A stretch of 33,647 bases of DNA from assembly GCA_045807245.1 (NCBI GenBank), contig JBJMHS010000001.1, forward strand, positions 1 to 33,647, in the 5' to 3' direction. Both the position numbers and the translations under genes were made by a program. The stretch comes from Actinomycetales bacterium (GTDB lineage: Bacteria; Actinomycetota; Actinomycetes; Actinomycetales; CAVURS01). Of this stretch, positions 17,781-25,778 are shown one piece after another. Below the pieces are notes generated by a model. That model saw only the letters and a list, made by a program, of their open reading frames with translations, was not told the origin of the DNA and ran no database searches. Position 1 is the first letter of the stretch. Every line of letters starts with the position of its first letter.

Positions 17781-17972
17781 ATGCAGGGCAGCGTCCACCG
17801 GTTCGACCCGGAAACCGGCGCCGGGTCGGTGCTGCTCGACGACGGCACCGAGGTGCCGTTCGACGGCGAGGCGTTCGGCCGCAGTGGGCTGCGCCTCGTC
17901 CGCGTCGGTCAGCGGCTCACGGTCGAGATCACGGATGGCGCCGCGGTCGACCTGCGGCTGCTCGGGATCTGA
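17781..17972 (+). CDS. Small cold-shock/OB-fold-like protein
   Basis: VHRFDPETGAGSVLLDDG...GLRLVRVGQRL; TAGCCT -10 element 6 nt upstream. Confidence 0.8.
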   Translation: MQGSVHRFDPETGAGSVLLDDGTEVPFDGEAFGRSGLRLVRVGQRLTVEITDGAAVDLRLLGI

Positions 17973-17975
17973 CTG

Positions 17976-19328
17976 TCAGCCCCGCTCGTAGGACGCACCG
18001 AGTGCGTCGAGCTTGTCCTGGAAGTGCTCGTAGCCGCGCTCGATCAGGCCGATGCCGTGCACCCGGGAGGTCCCGTCCGCCGTCAGCGCGGCGATGAGGT
18101 AGCTGAAGCCGGCGCGCAGGTCCGGCACGGTGATCTCCGCGCCCTGCAGCTTGGTGGGTCCGGAGATCACCGCGGAGTGCTGGAAGTTGCGCTGGCCGAA
18201 CCGGCAGGGCAGACCCCCGAGGCACTCCCGGTACAGCTGGATCGTCGCGCCCATGTCGTTGAGCGCCCGGGTGAAGCCGAGCCGCTTCTCGTACACCGTC
18301 TCGTGGACGATCGACAGCCCCGACGTCTGGGTCAGCGCGACGACCAAGGGCTGCTGCCAGTCGGTCATGAAGCCCGGGTGGACGTCGGTCTCGATGACCA
18401 GCGAGCGAAGGTCGCCGCCGGGGTGGAAGAAGCGGATCCCCTCGTCGTCGATCTCGAACGCGCCGCCGATCTTGCGGAACACATTGAGGAACGTCGTGAG
18501 ATCACCTTGACGCGCGCCCGCGACCGTCACGTCGCCGCCGGTGGCGAGCGCGGCGCAGGCCCAGGACGCGGTCTCGACCCGGTCCGGGATCGCCCGGTGG
18601 GAGTAACCGCCGAGCCGGTCGACACCCTCGATCCGGATCGTCCGGTCGGTGTCGACGCTGATCATTGCGCCCATCTTCTGGAGCACGTTGATCAGGTCGA
18701 GGATCTCCGGCTCGGTCGCTGCGTTGCGCAGCTCGGTCAGCCCTTCGGCCCGTACGGCGGTCAGCAGCACCTGCTCGGTGGCGCCGACGCTCGGGAACGG
18801 CAGGTGGACCTTGGTGCCCTGCAACCGGCGCGGTGCCGTGAGCCGCAGCCCGTCCGACCGCTTGTCGACCACGGCTCCGAACGAGCGCAGCACGTCTAGG
18901 TGGAAGTTGATCGGACGCTCACCGATCCGGCAGCCGCCGAGGTCGGGGATGAACGCCTCCCCGAGGCGGTGCAGCAACGGACCGCAGAGCAGGATCGGCA
19001 CCCGGCTGGACCCCGCATGCGCGTCGATGTCGGCGACGTGCGCCTGCTCGACGTTGCGCGGGTCCATGACCAGCTCGCCCGGCTCGTCGCCCTGACCGCC
19101 GACTCGCTCGACGGTGACCCCATGCAGGTCGAGCAGCCCCGAGACGATGGCCACATCGGAGATCTCGGGGACGTTGCGCAGCCGCGACGGCTCTTCGCCC
19201 AGTAGTGCGGCCACCATCGCCTTGGAGACGAGGTTCTTGGCACCACGGACGCGCAGTCGGCCGTGCAACGGCGTCCCGCCGTGCACGGTCAGGACGTCGT
19301 TCGGGCGGCGGTCGTCGGCGTCGGTCAT
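17976..19328 (-). CDS. murA: UDP-N-acetylglucosamine 1-carboxyvinyltransferase
   Basis: GAKN, LGGCRIGERP, SVGATE, PGFMTD, DLRAG, IERGYE. Confidence 0.96.
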   Translation of the reverse strand: MTDADDRRPNDVLTVHGGTPLHGRLRVRGAKNLVSKAMVAALLGEEPSRLRNVPEISDVAIVSGLLDLHGVTVERVGGQGDEPGELVMDPRNVEQAHVADIDAHAGSSRVPILLCGPLLHRLGEAFIPDLGGCRIGERPINFHLDVLRSFGAVVDKRSDGLRLTAPRRLQGTKVHLPFPSVGATEQVLLTAVRAEGLTELRNAATEPEILDLINVLQKMGAMISVDTDRTIRIEGVDRLGGYSHRAIPDRVETASWACAALATGGDVTVAGARQGDLTTFLNVFRKIGGAFEIDDEGIRFFHPGGDLRSLVIETDVHPGFMTDWQQPLVVALTQTSGLSIVHETVYEKRLGFTRALNDMGATIQLYRECLGGLPCRFGQRNFQHSAVISGPTKLQGAEITVPDLRAGFSYLIAALTADGTSRVHGIGLIERGYEHFQDKLDALGASYERG

Positions 19329-19372
19329 GGAGTCAGGATGGCAAACCCGGTGCGTCCGGCCCGCGACACGCC

Positions 19373-19407
19373 GGACGGGCCGGCATCTGCACGATGCCGG
19401 CCCGTCC
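19373..19407 (-). terminator. 15-bp perfect hairpin downstream of hup
   Basis: GGACGGGCCGGCATC-TGCAC-GATGCCGGCCCGTCC, no U-tract. Confidence 0.65.
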
Positions 19408-19446
19408 ACTGGGGCCCGAGGTCGTCGCCGAGCCGCCGAGCCTGCG

Positions 19447-20160
19447 TCAGCGAGCCCGAGCCCGCGTCGACTTCTTGGCTGCGGCCTTGCGGGCCGGAGC
19501 CTTCTTGGCGGTCGCCCGCTTGGCCGGAGCCTTCTTGGCGGTCGCCCGCTTGGCCGGAGCCTTCTTGGCCACGGTCTTGCGCGCGGTCGCCTTCTTGGCC
19601 GGAGCCTTCTTGGCCACCGTCTTGCGTGCGGTCGCCTTCTTGGCTGGAGCCTTCTTGGCCACCGTCCGCTTGGCGGTCTTCTTCGCGACCGTCTTCTTGG
19701 CTGCGGCCTTCTTCGCCGGAGCCTTCTTGGCGGTCTTCTTGGCCGTCGCCGTCTTGGCGGTCTTCTTGGCGGTCGCCTTCTTGGCGCCGACCTTGGCGGT
19801 GACCTTCTTGGCCGTCGTCTTCTTCGCCGCCGCCGCGGTGGCCGCGGGCTTGCGCGCGGTCGCCGAGGTGTCGGACGGGAGCTGACGCGGGTCAGCCACG
19901 ACGACCTTGAAGGCAGTCCCGGCCTTGAAGCGCGGCACGGACGTCTTCCTGATTCTCACGGCCTGTCCGGTCCGCGGGTTGCGGCCGGTGCGCGCTGCAC
20001 GGGCCGCTTTCTCGAAGGTGCCGAAGCCGGTGATGCCGACCTTCTCGCCCCTCGCTACTGCACGCGTGATGGTGTCGATGATGGCGTCGAGGGCATCGGC
20101 CGCAGCCTTTTTCCCACCGAGCCGGCCCTCGAGGGCCTCGACCAGCTGTCCCTTGTTCAC
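19447..20160 (-). CDS. hup: HU family DNA-binding protein with Lys/Ala-rich H1-like tail (HupB/HupS type)
   Basis: [31 protein letters not shown], then AKKAPAKK repeats; GGAGG RBS. Confidence 0.96.
   Translation of the reverse strand: MNKGQLVEALEGRLGGKKAAADALDAIIDTITRAVARGEKVGITGFGTFEKAARAARTGRNPRTGQAVRIRKTSVPRFKAGTAFKVVVADPRQLPSDTSATARKPAATAAAAKKTTAKKVTAKVGAKKATAKKTAKTATAKKTAKKAPAKKAAAKKTVAKKTAKRTVAKKAPAKKATARKTVAKKAPAKKATARKTVAKKAPAKRATAKKAPAKRATAKKAPARKAAAKKSTRARAR
19492..19665. repeat. 30-bp and 45-bp tandem repeats in the HU tail
   Basis: ggccggagccttcttggcggtcgcccgctt about 2.6 copies, and a 45-bp unit encoding [15 protein letters not shown] in 2 or more copies. Confidence 0.85.
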
Positions 20161-20244
20161 TGCTTCCCCTCCAAGGAGAATGAGCCCCGCCGAACCTCTC
20201 GTCCGGCGAGATCGTGCAGTCGAGCCCTCGCCCGACTGGACATG

Positions 20245-20274
20245 ACGCTAGGCCCCTTGAGCACATGCGTCCAA
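20245..20274 (-). promoter_or_regulatory. Putative hup promoter
   Basis: TTGGAC-N18-TAGCGT on the minus strand. Confidence 0.5.
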
Positions 20275-20429
20275 CACCTGCGCACAAACTTTGCCATGTG
20301 TCGCAAGGACTTCGCAGCCCGTGAGCCGGAGGCTCCCGGCCTCACAGGCGGCCGATGCGCGGTCACCGGGACGGGCGCTTGAGCTGACGGCGGACGACTT
20401 CCCTTACGCGACAGCGGCTTTCGTCGTAC

Positions 20430-21023
20430 CTATGACTTGACTGTTGTCGGCAGGAAACCGGGCCGGCTGCGCTCGAAGTCGGAGATCGACCCCTCATGAC
20501 GCAACGTCAAACTGATGTCGTCCAGACCCTCCAACAGGCGCCAACGCGTGTACTCGTCGATCTGGAAGCGGACAACGACGTCCTTGGCGGTGATGCTGCG
20601 GGACTCGAGATCGACGGTGACCTCAGTGCCGGGCTCGTTCTCCAAGAGCTTCCACAACAGCTCGACATCACCCTGATCCGCTTGCGCAGTGAGGAGCCCT
20701 TGCTTGCCGGAGTTGCCGCGGAAGATGTCGGCGAAGCGCGAGGAGATGACAACGCGGAAGCCATAGTCCATCAGCGCCCAGACGGCATGTTCGCGAGACG
20801 AGCCGGTGCCGAAGTCGGGGCCCGCGACGAGGACACTGCCGGCCGAGTACGCCGGCTGGTTGAGGACGAAGGACTCGTCACCGCGCCACGCCGCGAACAG
20901 CCCGTCCTCGAAACCGGTACGCGTGACGCGCTTGAGATAGACCGCCGGGATGATCTGGTCGGTGTCGACGTTGCTCCGGCGCAGCGGCACTCCGACGCCG
21001 GTGTGGGTCGTGAAGGCTTCCAT
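20430..21023 (-). CDS. leuD: 3-isopropylmalate dehydratase small subunit
   Basis: [34 protein letters not shown]. Confidence 0.98.
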   Translation of the reverse strand: MEAFTTHTGVGVPLRRSNVDTDQIIPAVYLKRVTRTGFEDGLFAAWRGDESFVLNQPAYSAGSVLVAGPDFGTGSSREHAVWALMDYGFRVVISSRFADIFRGNSGKQGLLTAQADQGDVELLWKLLENEPGTEVTVDLESRSITAKDVVVRFQIDEYTRWRLLEGLDDISLTLRHEGSISDFERSRPGFLPTTVKS

Positions 21024-21038
21024 GTCGAGGGCTCCCGG

Positions 21039-22433
21039 TCAGCTCAGGTCGGCGGGCGAGGACAGCGTGCCGCGGACGGCCGTGGCGGCCGCGACCGCGG
21101 GCGAGACGAGATGGGTGCGGCCGCCCTTGCCCTGACGACCCTCGAAGTTGCGGTTCGACGTCGACGCGCTGCGCTCCCCCGGCGCGAGCTGGTCCGGGTT
21201 CATGCCCAGGCACATCGAGCAGCCGGCCAGCCGCCACTCCGCACCGGCGGCGGTGAAGACCTTGTCCAGCCCCTCCGCCTCGGCCTGAAGGCGGACCCGG
21301 GCGGAGCCCGGTACGACGAGCATGCGCACCGAGTCGTGCACGTGCCGCCCGGCCAGGACGGCCGCCGCGGTCCGCAGGTCCTCGATCCGTCCGTTGGTGC
21401 ACGAGCCGAGAAACACGGTGTCGACCGCGATGTCGCGCAGCGGCGTACCCGCCTGCAGGTCCATGTACGCGAGCGCCCGCTCCGCGGCCAGCCGGTCGGA
21501 CTCCTCGGCGATCGCCTCAGGGTCGGGCACCGCGCTGGACAGGGGCGCACCCTGCCCGGGGTTGGTCCCCCAGGTGACGAACGGCGCGAGCTCCGAGGTG
21601 TCGATGACGACCTCCTCGTCGAAGGTCGCGTCGTCGTCGCTGCGCAAAGTCCGCCAGTACGCCACGGCGTCGTCCCATGCGTCGCCGGTCGGCGCATGCG
21701 GTCGGCCCCGCAGGTAGGCGAACGTCGTCTCGTCCGGCGCGATCATCCCCGCCCGCGCCCCGGCCTCGATCGACATGTTGCAGATCGTCATGCGGGCTTC
21801 CATGGACAACGAGCGGATCGCCGAGCCGCGGTACTCGATGACGTAGCCCTGGCCACCGCCGGTGCCGATCTTGGCGATGACGGTCAGGATCAGGTCCTTG
21901 GCGCTGACCCCTTCGGGCAGCTCGCCCTCGACGGTGACCGCCAGCGTCCTGAACGGTTTGAGCGGCAGCGTCTGCGTGGCCATGACGTGCTCGACCTCGC
22001 TGGTGCCGATCCCGAACGCGAGCGCGCCGAACGCGCCGTGGGTCGAGGTGTGCGAGTCACCGCACACGATGGTCAGGCCTGGCTGGGTCAGCCCGAGCTG
22101 GGGTCCGATGACGTGGACGATGCCCTGGTCGGCGTCGCCCATCGGGTGCAGCCGTACGCCGAACTCCGCGCAGTTGCGCCGCAGGGTCTCCACCTGGGTG
22201 CGGGACGTGAGGTCGGTGATCGGGCCCGGCACGGTCGGGACGTTGTGGTCCTCCGTCGCGATGGTCAGGTCGGGCCGGCGGATCGGGCGGCCGGTGAGAC
22301 GGAGCCCGTCGAACGCCTGCGGGCTGGTGACCTCGTGCAGCAGGTGCAGGTCGATGTACAAGAGGTCCGGCTCGCCCTCGGTCCGTCGTACGACGTGGGC
22401 GTCCCACACCTTCTCGGCCAACGTGCCCGCCAT
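21039..22433 (-). CDS. leuC: 3-isopropylmalate dehydratase large subunit
   Basis: [50 protein letters not shown] before ATG 22433. Confidence 0.98.
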   Translation of the reverse strand: MAGTLAEKVWDAHVVRRTEGEPDLLYIDLHLLHEVTSPQAFDGLRLTGRPIRRPDLTIATEDHNVPTVPGPITDLTSRTQVETLRRNCAEFGVRLHPMGDADQGIVHVIGPQLGLTQPGLTIVCGDSHTSTHGAFGALAFGIGTSEVEHVMATQTLPLKPFRTLAVTVEGELPEGVSAKDLILTVIAKIGTGGGQGYVIEYRGSAIRSLSMEARMTICNMSIEAGARAGMIAPDETTFAYLRGRPHAPTGDAWDDAVAYWRTLRSDDDATFDEEVVIDTSELAPFVTWGTNPGQGAPLSSAVPDPEAIAEESDRLAAERALAYMDLQAGTPLRDIAVDTVFLGSCTNGRIEDLRTAAAVLAGRHVHDSVRMLVVPGSARVRLQAEAEGLDKVFTAAGAEWRLAGCSMCLGMNPDQLAPGERSASTSNRNFEGRQGKGGRTHLVSPAVAAATAVRGTLSSPADLS

Positions 22434-22478
22434 GTGTCCTCCTCGACCTCTCCTCGACGCCCTCGCGTGTGCAAGGGC

Positions 22479-22507
22479 TTGCATCTCACGACCTGAGACG
22501 GCAGTAT
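22479..22507 (+). promoter_or_regulatory. ndgR promoter with embedded 15-bp palindromic operator candidate
   Basis: TTGCAT-N17-CAGTAT, 6 nt before the ATG; TCTCA-N5-TGAGA at 22484-22498. Confidence 0.65.
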
Positions 22508-22513
22508 CGAGGT

Positions 22514-23233
22514 ATGGACAACTCTAGCGGAGTCGGCGTCCTCGACAAGGCGGCGGTCGTGCTCGGCGCCCTCGAGGCCGGTCCCGCGACTCTCGCGCAG
22601 CTCGTGACGGCCACCGGGCTGGCCCGGCCGACGGCCCACCGGCTGGCCGTCGCCCTGGAGCACCACCGGCTGGTCTCGCGCGACATGCAGGGCCGGTTCA
22701 TCCTCGGCCAGCGCCTGGGCGAGCTCGCCGCTGCCGCGGGCGAGGACCGGCTGCTCGGCGCTGCGGGGGCGGTGCTGACCGCGCTGCGCGACCACACCGG
22801 AGAGAGTGCCCAGCTGTTCCGCCGGCAGGGCGACTACCGGATCTGCGTCGCGGCCGCCGAGCGCCCGATCGGGCTGCGGGACTCGATCCCGATCGGCAGC
22901 ACGCTGACCATGCTGGCCGGCTCGGCGGCCCAGGTGCTGCTCGCCTGGGAGGAGCCGGACCGCCTGCACCGGGGTCTGCACGGCGCCCGCTTCACCGCCA
23001 CGACGCTGTCCGGCGTACGGCGCCGAGGGTGGGCCCAGAGCGTCGGCGAGCGCGAGGCCGGCGTCGCGTCGGTGTCCGCGCCGGTGCGCGGCCCGTCCGG
23101 CCGCGTGGTTGCCGCCGTCTCCATCTCCGGCCCCATCGAGCGGCTCTCCCGGCAGCCGGGTCGGCTACACGCTCCCTCGGTCGTGGCCGGCGCCAACAAG
23201 CTCACGGAGGTGCTGCGCCGTACCGCGCAGTGA
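22514..23233 (+). CDS. ndgR: IclR family regulator NdgR
   Basis: [36 protein letters not shown]; divergent from leuCD. Confidence 0.92.
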   Translation: MDNSSGVGVLDKAAVVLGALEAGPATLAQLVTATGLARPTAHRLAVALEHHRLVSRDMQGRFILGQRLGELAAAAGEDRLLGAAGAVLTALRDHTGESAQLFRRQGDYRICVAAAERPIGLRDSIPIGSTLTMLAGSAAQVLLAWEEPDRLHRGLHGARFTATTLSGVRRRGWAQSVGEREAGVASVSAPVRGPSGRVVAAVSISGPIERLSRQPGRLHAPSVVAGANKLTEVLRRTAQ

Positions 23234-23253
23234 CCCGGCGCCGCGACGCCCAC

Positions 23254-23293
23254 GAAAGAAGCGGCTCTCGTCCCCGGGGGAACGAGAGCCGCT
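23254..23293 (-). terminator. Intrinsic terminator of the tRNA operon, probably bidirectional with ndgR
   Basis: AGCGGCTCTCGT...ACGAGAGCCGCT stem followed by TCTTTC on the minus strand. Confidence 0.75.
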
Positions 23294-23298
23294 CGACG

Positions 23299-23371
23299 TA
23301 GCCCCGACGGGATTCGAACCCGCGCTACCGCCTTGAGAGGGCGGCGTGCTAGGCCGCTACACAACGGGGCC
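23299..23371 (-). tRNA. tRNA-Glu(CTC)
   Basis: Acceptor GGCCCCG/CGGGGCT, anticodon arm CCGCC-CTCTCAA-GGCGG, T loop TTCGAAT; CCA not encoded. Confidence 0.97.
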
Positions 23372-23406
23372 ACTGCCAGTCACTGCTGGTCATTGCTGGT
23401 ACTGCG

Positions 23407-23478
23407 CTGGGGTACCAGGACTCGAACCTAGACTAACTGAACCAGAATCAGTCGTGCTGCCAATTACACCATACCCCA
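23407..23478 (-). tRNA. tRNA-Gln(CTG)
   Basis: Acceptor TGGGGTA/TACCCCA (U1-A72), anticodon arm ACTGA-TTCTGGT-TCAGT, T loop TTCGAGT. Confidence 0.97.
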
Positions 23479-23536
23479 TGGGGGTATCACGCCCGACTGT
23501 CCGGCTGCCCCGAACGGCGTGACCCGCCGGTGGATA

Positions 23537-24276
23537 CTACCGGCGCCCGGATGGGCCACCCAAATCAAGCAGCGCCGCGACCGCATGCAGGTCGGGCGCC
23601 CTGAGCGCTCCGGTGACCTCGGCGCCGGCTTCGGCGAACCACTGCTGCCGACGGTCCAGCCACACCCCGACCAGCCCGGCGGCGGTCGCCGCCTGTGCGT
23701 CCACATCGAGCTCGTCCCCCACATAGGCGGTGGCCGCCGGCTCGCTGCCCAGCCGTTCACAGGCAAGTGCGAAGACGCGCGGAGCCGGCTTGCCGAACCC
23801 CAGGTCGTCCGGGCTGACGAGCAGTGGCAGCCGGGCGCTCAACCCGAGATGGGCCAGCTTGTCGACGGACATCTCGCGGGAGGAGTTGCTGAGCGCGCCG
23901 ACCGGAGGCCGGCCGCATCGACGGCGTTCAAGAAGGGCACGACGTCATCGTGCAGCCGCCAGCTCTCCCGGAAGGCCGCGCTGTACGTCGCGTCCCAGGC
24001 CGCGAAGGCGACGTCGTCCAGCTCCGCGCCTCGGAACGTCTGCTGCAGGTCGGCTGCGCGGCGGCGCCGCTGCTCGATGATGGAGATCTCGCCGCGCGTG
24101 TAGCTGCGGAAATGGCCACCGACGTCCGCGATCCAGCGGAGTGCGACCTCGTCGTACCGCTCGTCCTCGAGGTGGGCCAGCCAGGTGTTCGCGACCGCGT
24201 GGATCGCCGCGAAGAACGCGGCCCGTGTGTCGAGCAGGGTGTCGTCGATGTCGAGCAGGACCGCGTCCACCTTCAT
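23537..24276 (-). pseudogene. HAD family hydrolase with a 1-nt frameshift near 23904 (pseudogene or sequencing error)
   Basis: Motif I LLDIDDTL lies in one frame, while motifs II-IV (LSN, GKP, YVGD...D) lie in another. The span is 740 nt, one short of 247 codons. Confidence 0.85.
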
Positions 24277-24296
24277 CGGGTCTTCGTCGGGTCGCG

Positions 24297-25778
24297 TCAG
24301 GCGCCGAGCTCGGTGCGCAGCGCGTCGATGCGCGCCATCGTGGAGTCGCGACCGAGCAGCTCCATCGACTCGAACAACGGAGGCGAGACCCGCCGGCCGG
24401 TGACTGCGATCCGGACCGGTGTGAACGCAAGTCGCGGCTTCAGGCCCAGCCCGTCGACCAGCCCGGCCCGCAGCGCGCCCTCGATGTCCGCCGTACGCCA
24501 GTCGTGCACCGCCTCGAGGGCAGTCCGCGCCGCGTCCAGCGTCTGCCGCGCCTCGTCGGTGAGACCGTTGCGCGCGTCGTCGGCGAGCACAAGATCCTCG
24601 TCGGCAACGAGCAGGAAGCCCAGCATGTCCGGCGCCTCGGCGAGGATCTGCATGCGCTCCTGGACCAAAGGCGTTGCGGCACGGACCATCTCGCGTTGCG
24701 CGGCCGTCGGCTCGGTGGCGAGTGCACCGGACTGCTCGAGGAAGTCGAGGATCCGGTCGGTCAGCTCGTCCAGCGGCAGGGAGCGGATGTAGTGCCCGTT
24801 CAGCCAGTTCAGCTTGTCGAGGTTGAACACGGGCCCCACGACGTTGACGCGTGACCAGTCGAACTCGGCCGACATCTCCGAGAAGGAGAAGATCTCGCGC
24901 TCGTCGGGCATCGAGTACCCCATGAGGCCGAGGAAGTTGACCAGCGCCTCCGGCAGGTAGCCCTGTTCGCGGAACCAGGTCAGCCGGGCCGCGGGGTTCT
25001 TCCGCTTGCTGATCTTCGAGCGGTCCTCGTTGCGCAGCAACGGCATGTGGGCGAACTGCGGCATGGGCAGGCCGAGCCACTGGTACAGCAGGATGTGCTT
25101 GGGCGTGGAGCTGATCCACTCCTCGCCGCGCACGACGTGCGTGATGCCCATCTCGTGGTCGTCGACCACGACCGCGAGGTGGTACGTCGGGAAGCCGTCG
25201 GCCTTCAGGATCACCTGGTCGTCGGGATGCGGCGCGTTGACCTCTCCCCGGATCAGGTCGGTGAACCGCGTCGGCGCGTCCTGCGGGATCCGCATGCGCA
25301 CCACAGGGTTCGGCGAGAAGCCGGGCAGCTCCGCGCGCTGCTCGCGGGTCTTGCCCAGGCACAGCCGGTCGTAACCGGGCGGCTGCTTGGCCTTCTGCTG
25401 GGCCTCGCGCATCTCAGTCAGCCGCTGTGGGGTACACCAGCAGTGGTACGCGTGGCCGTCGGCGAGCAAGCGGTCGACGTACGGCTGGTACGTCGTGAGG
25501 CGCTCGGACTGCCGGTACGGCGCGAAGGGGCCGCCGATGTCCGGGCCCTCGTCCCAATGCAGGCCGAGCCAGCCGAGCATGTCGAAGATCTGCTGCTCGC
25601 TGTCCTCGCGGAACCGGGCTCGGTCGGTGTCCTCGATCCGCAGCACGAACTGGCCGCCCTGCTGGCGGACGAAAGCCAGGTCGAAGAGCGAGACGTACGC
25701 GGTACCGACGTGCGGGTCGCCGGTGGGGCTCGGCGCGACGCGCAAGCGCACGAGGCCCTCGGGGCTCGCGTCAGCCAC
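24297..25778 (-). CDS. gltX: Glutamate--tRNA ligase
   Basis: APSPTGDPHVG, LRIEDTD, YRQSER, KISKR, SPPLFES. Confidence 0.98.
   Translation of the reverse strand: MADASPEGLVRLRVAPSPTGDPHVGTAYVSLFDLAFVRQQGGQFVLRIEDTDRARFREDSEQQIFDMLGWLGLHWDEGPDIGGPFAPYRQSERLTTYQPYVDRLLADGHAYHCWCTPQRLTEMREAQQKAKQPPGYDRLCLGKTREQRAELPGFSPNPVVRMRIPQDAPTRFTDLIRGEVNAPHPDDQVILKADGFPTYHLAVVVDDHEMGITHVVRGEEWISSTPKHILLYQWLGLPMPQFAHMPLLRNEDRSKISKRKNPAARLTWFREQGYLPEALVNFLGLMGYSMPDEREIFSFSEMSAEFDWSRVNVVGPVFNLDKLNWLNGHYIRSLPLDELTDRILDFLEQSGALATEPTAAQREMVRAATPLVQERMQILAEAPDMLGFLLVADEDLVLADDARNGLTDEARQTLDAARTALEAVHDWRTADIEGALRAGLVDGLGLKPRLAFTPVRIAVTGRRVSPPLFESMELLGRDSTMARIDALRTELGA

Noticed and set aside
19460..19830. Repeat array resembling CRISPR
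   Set aside because: Contiguous coding repeats of the HU Lys/Ala tail; no unique spacers and no cas genes.
22434..22513. Leucine leader-peptide attenuator before leuC
   Set aside because: No Leu-rich mini ORF or terminator in the 80-bp gap; control is better explained by the IclR-type operator.
23234..23536. tRNA-targeted integrative element
   Set aside because: No integrase and no duplicated tRNA 3' end; the core gene order ndgR-tRNAs-HAD-gltX is intact.
23839..25362. 507-aa ORF ending in a HAD N-terminal half
   Set aside because: Only the last ~145 codons from ATG 24276 are meaningful; the rest is an off-frame overlap with gltX.
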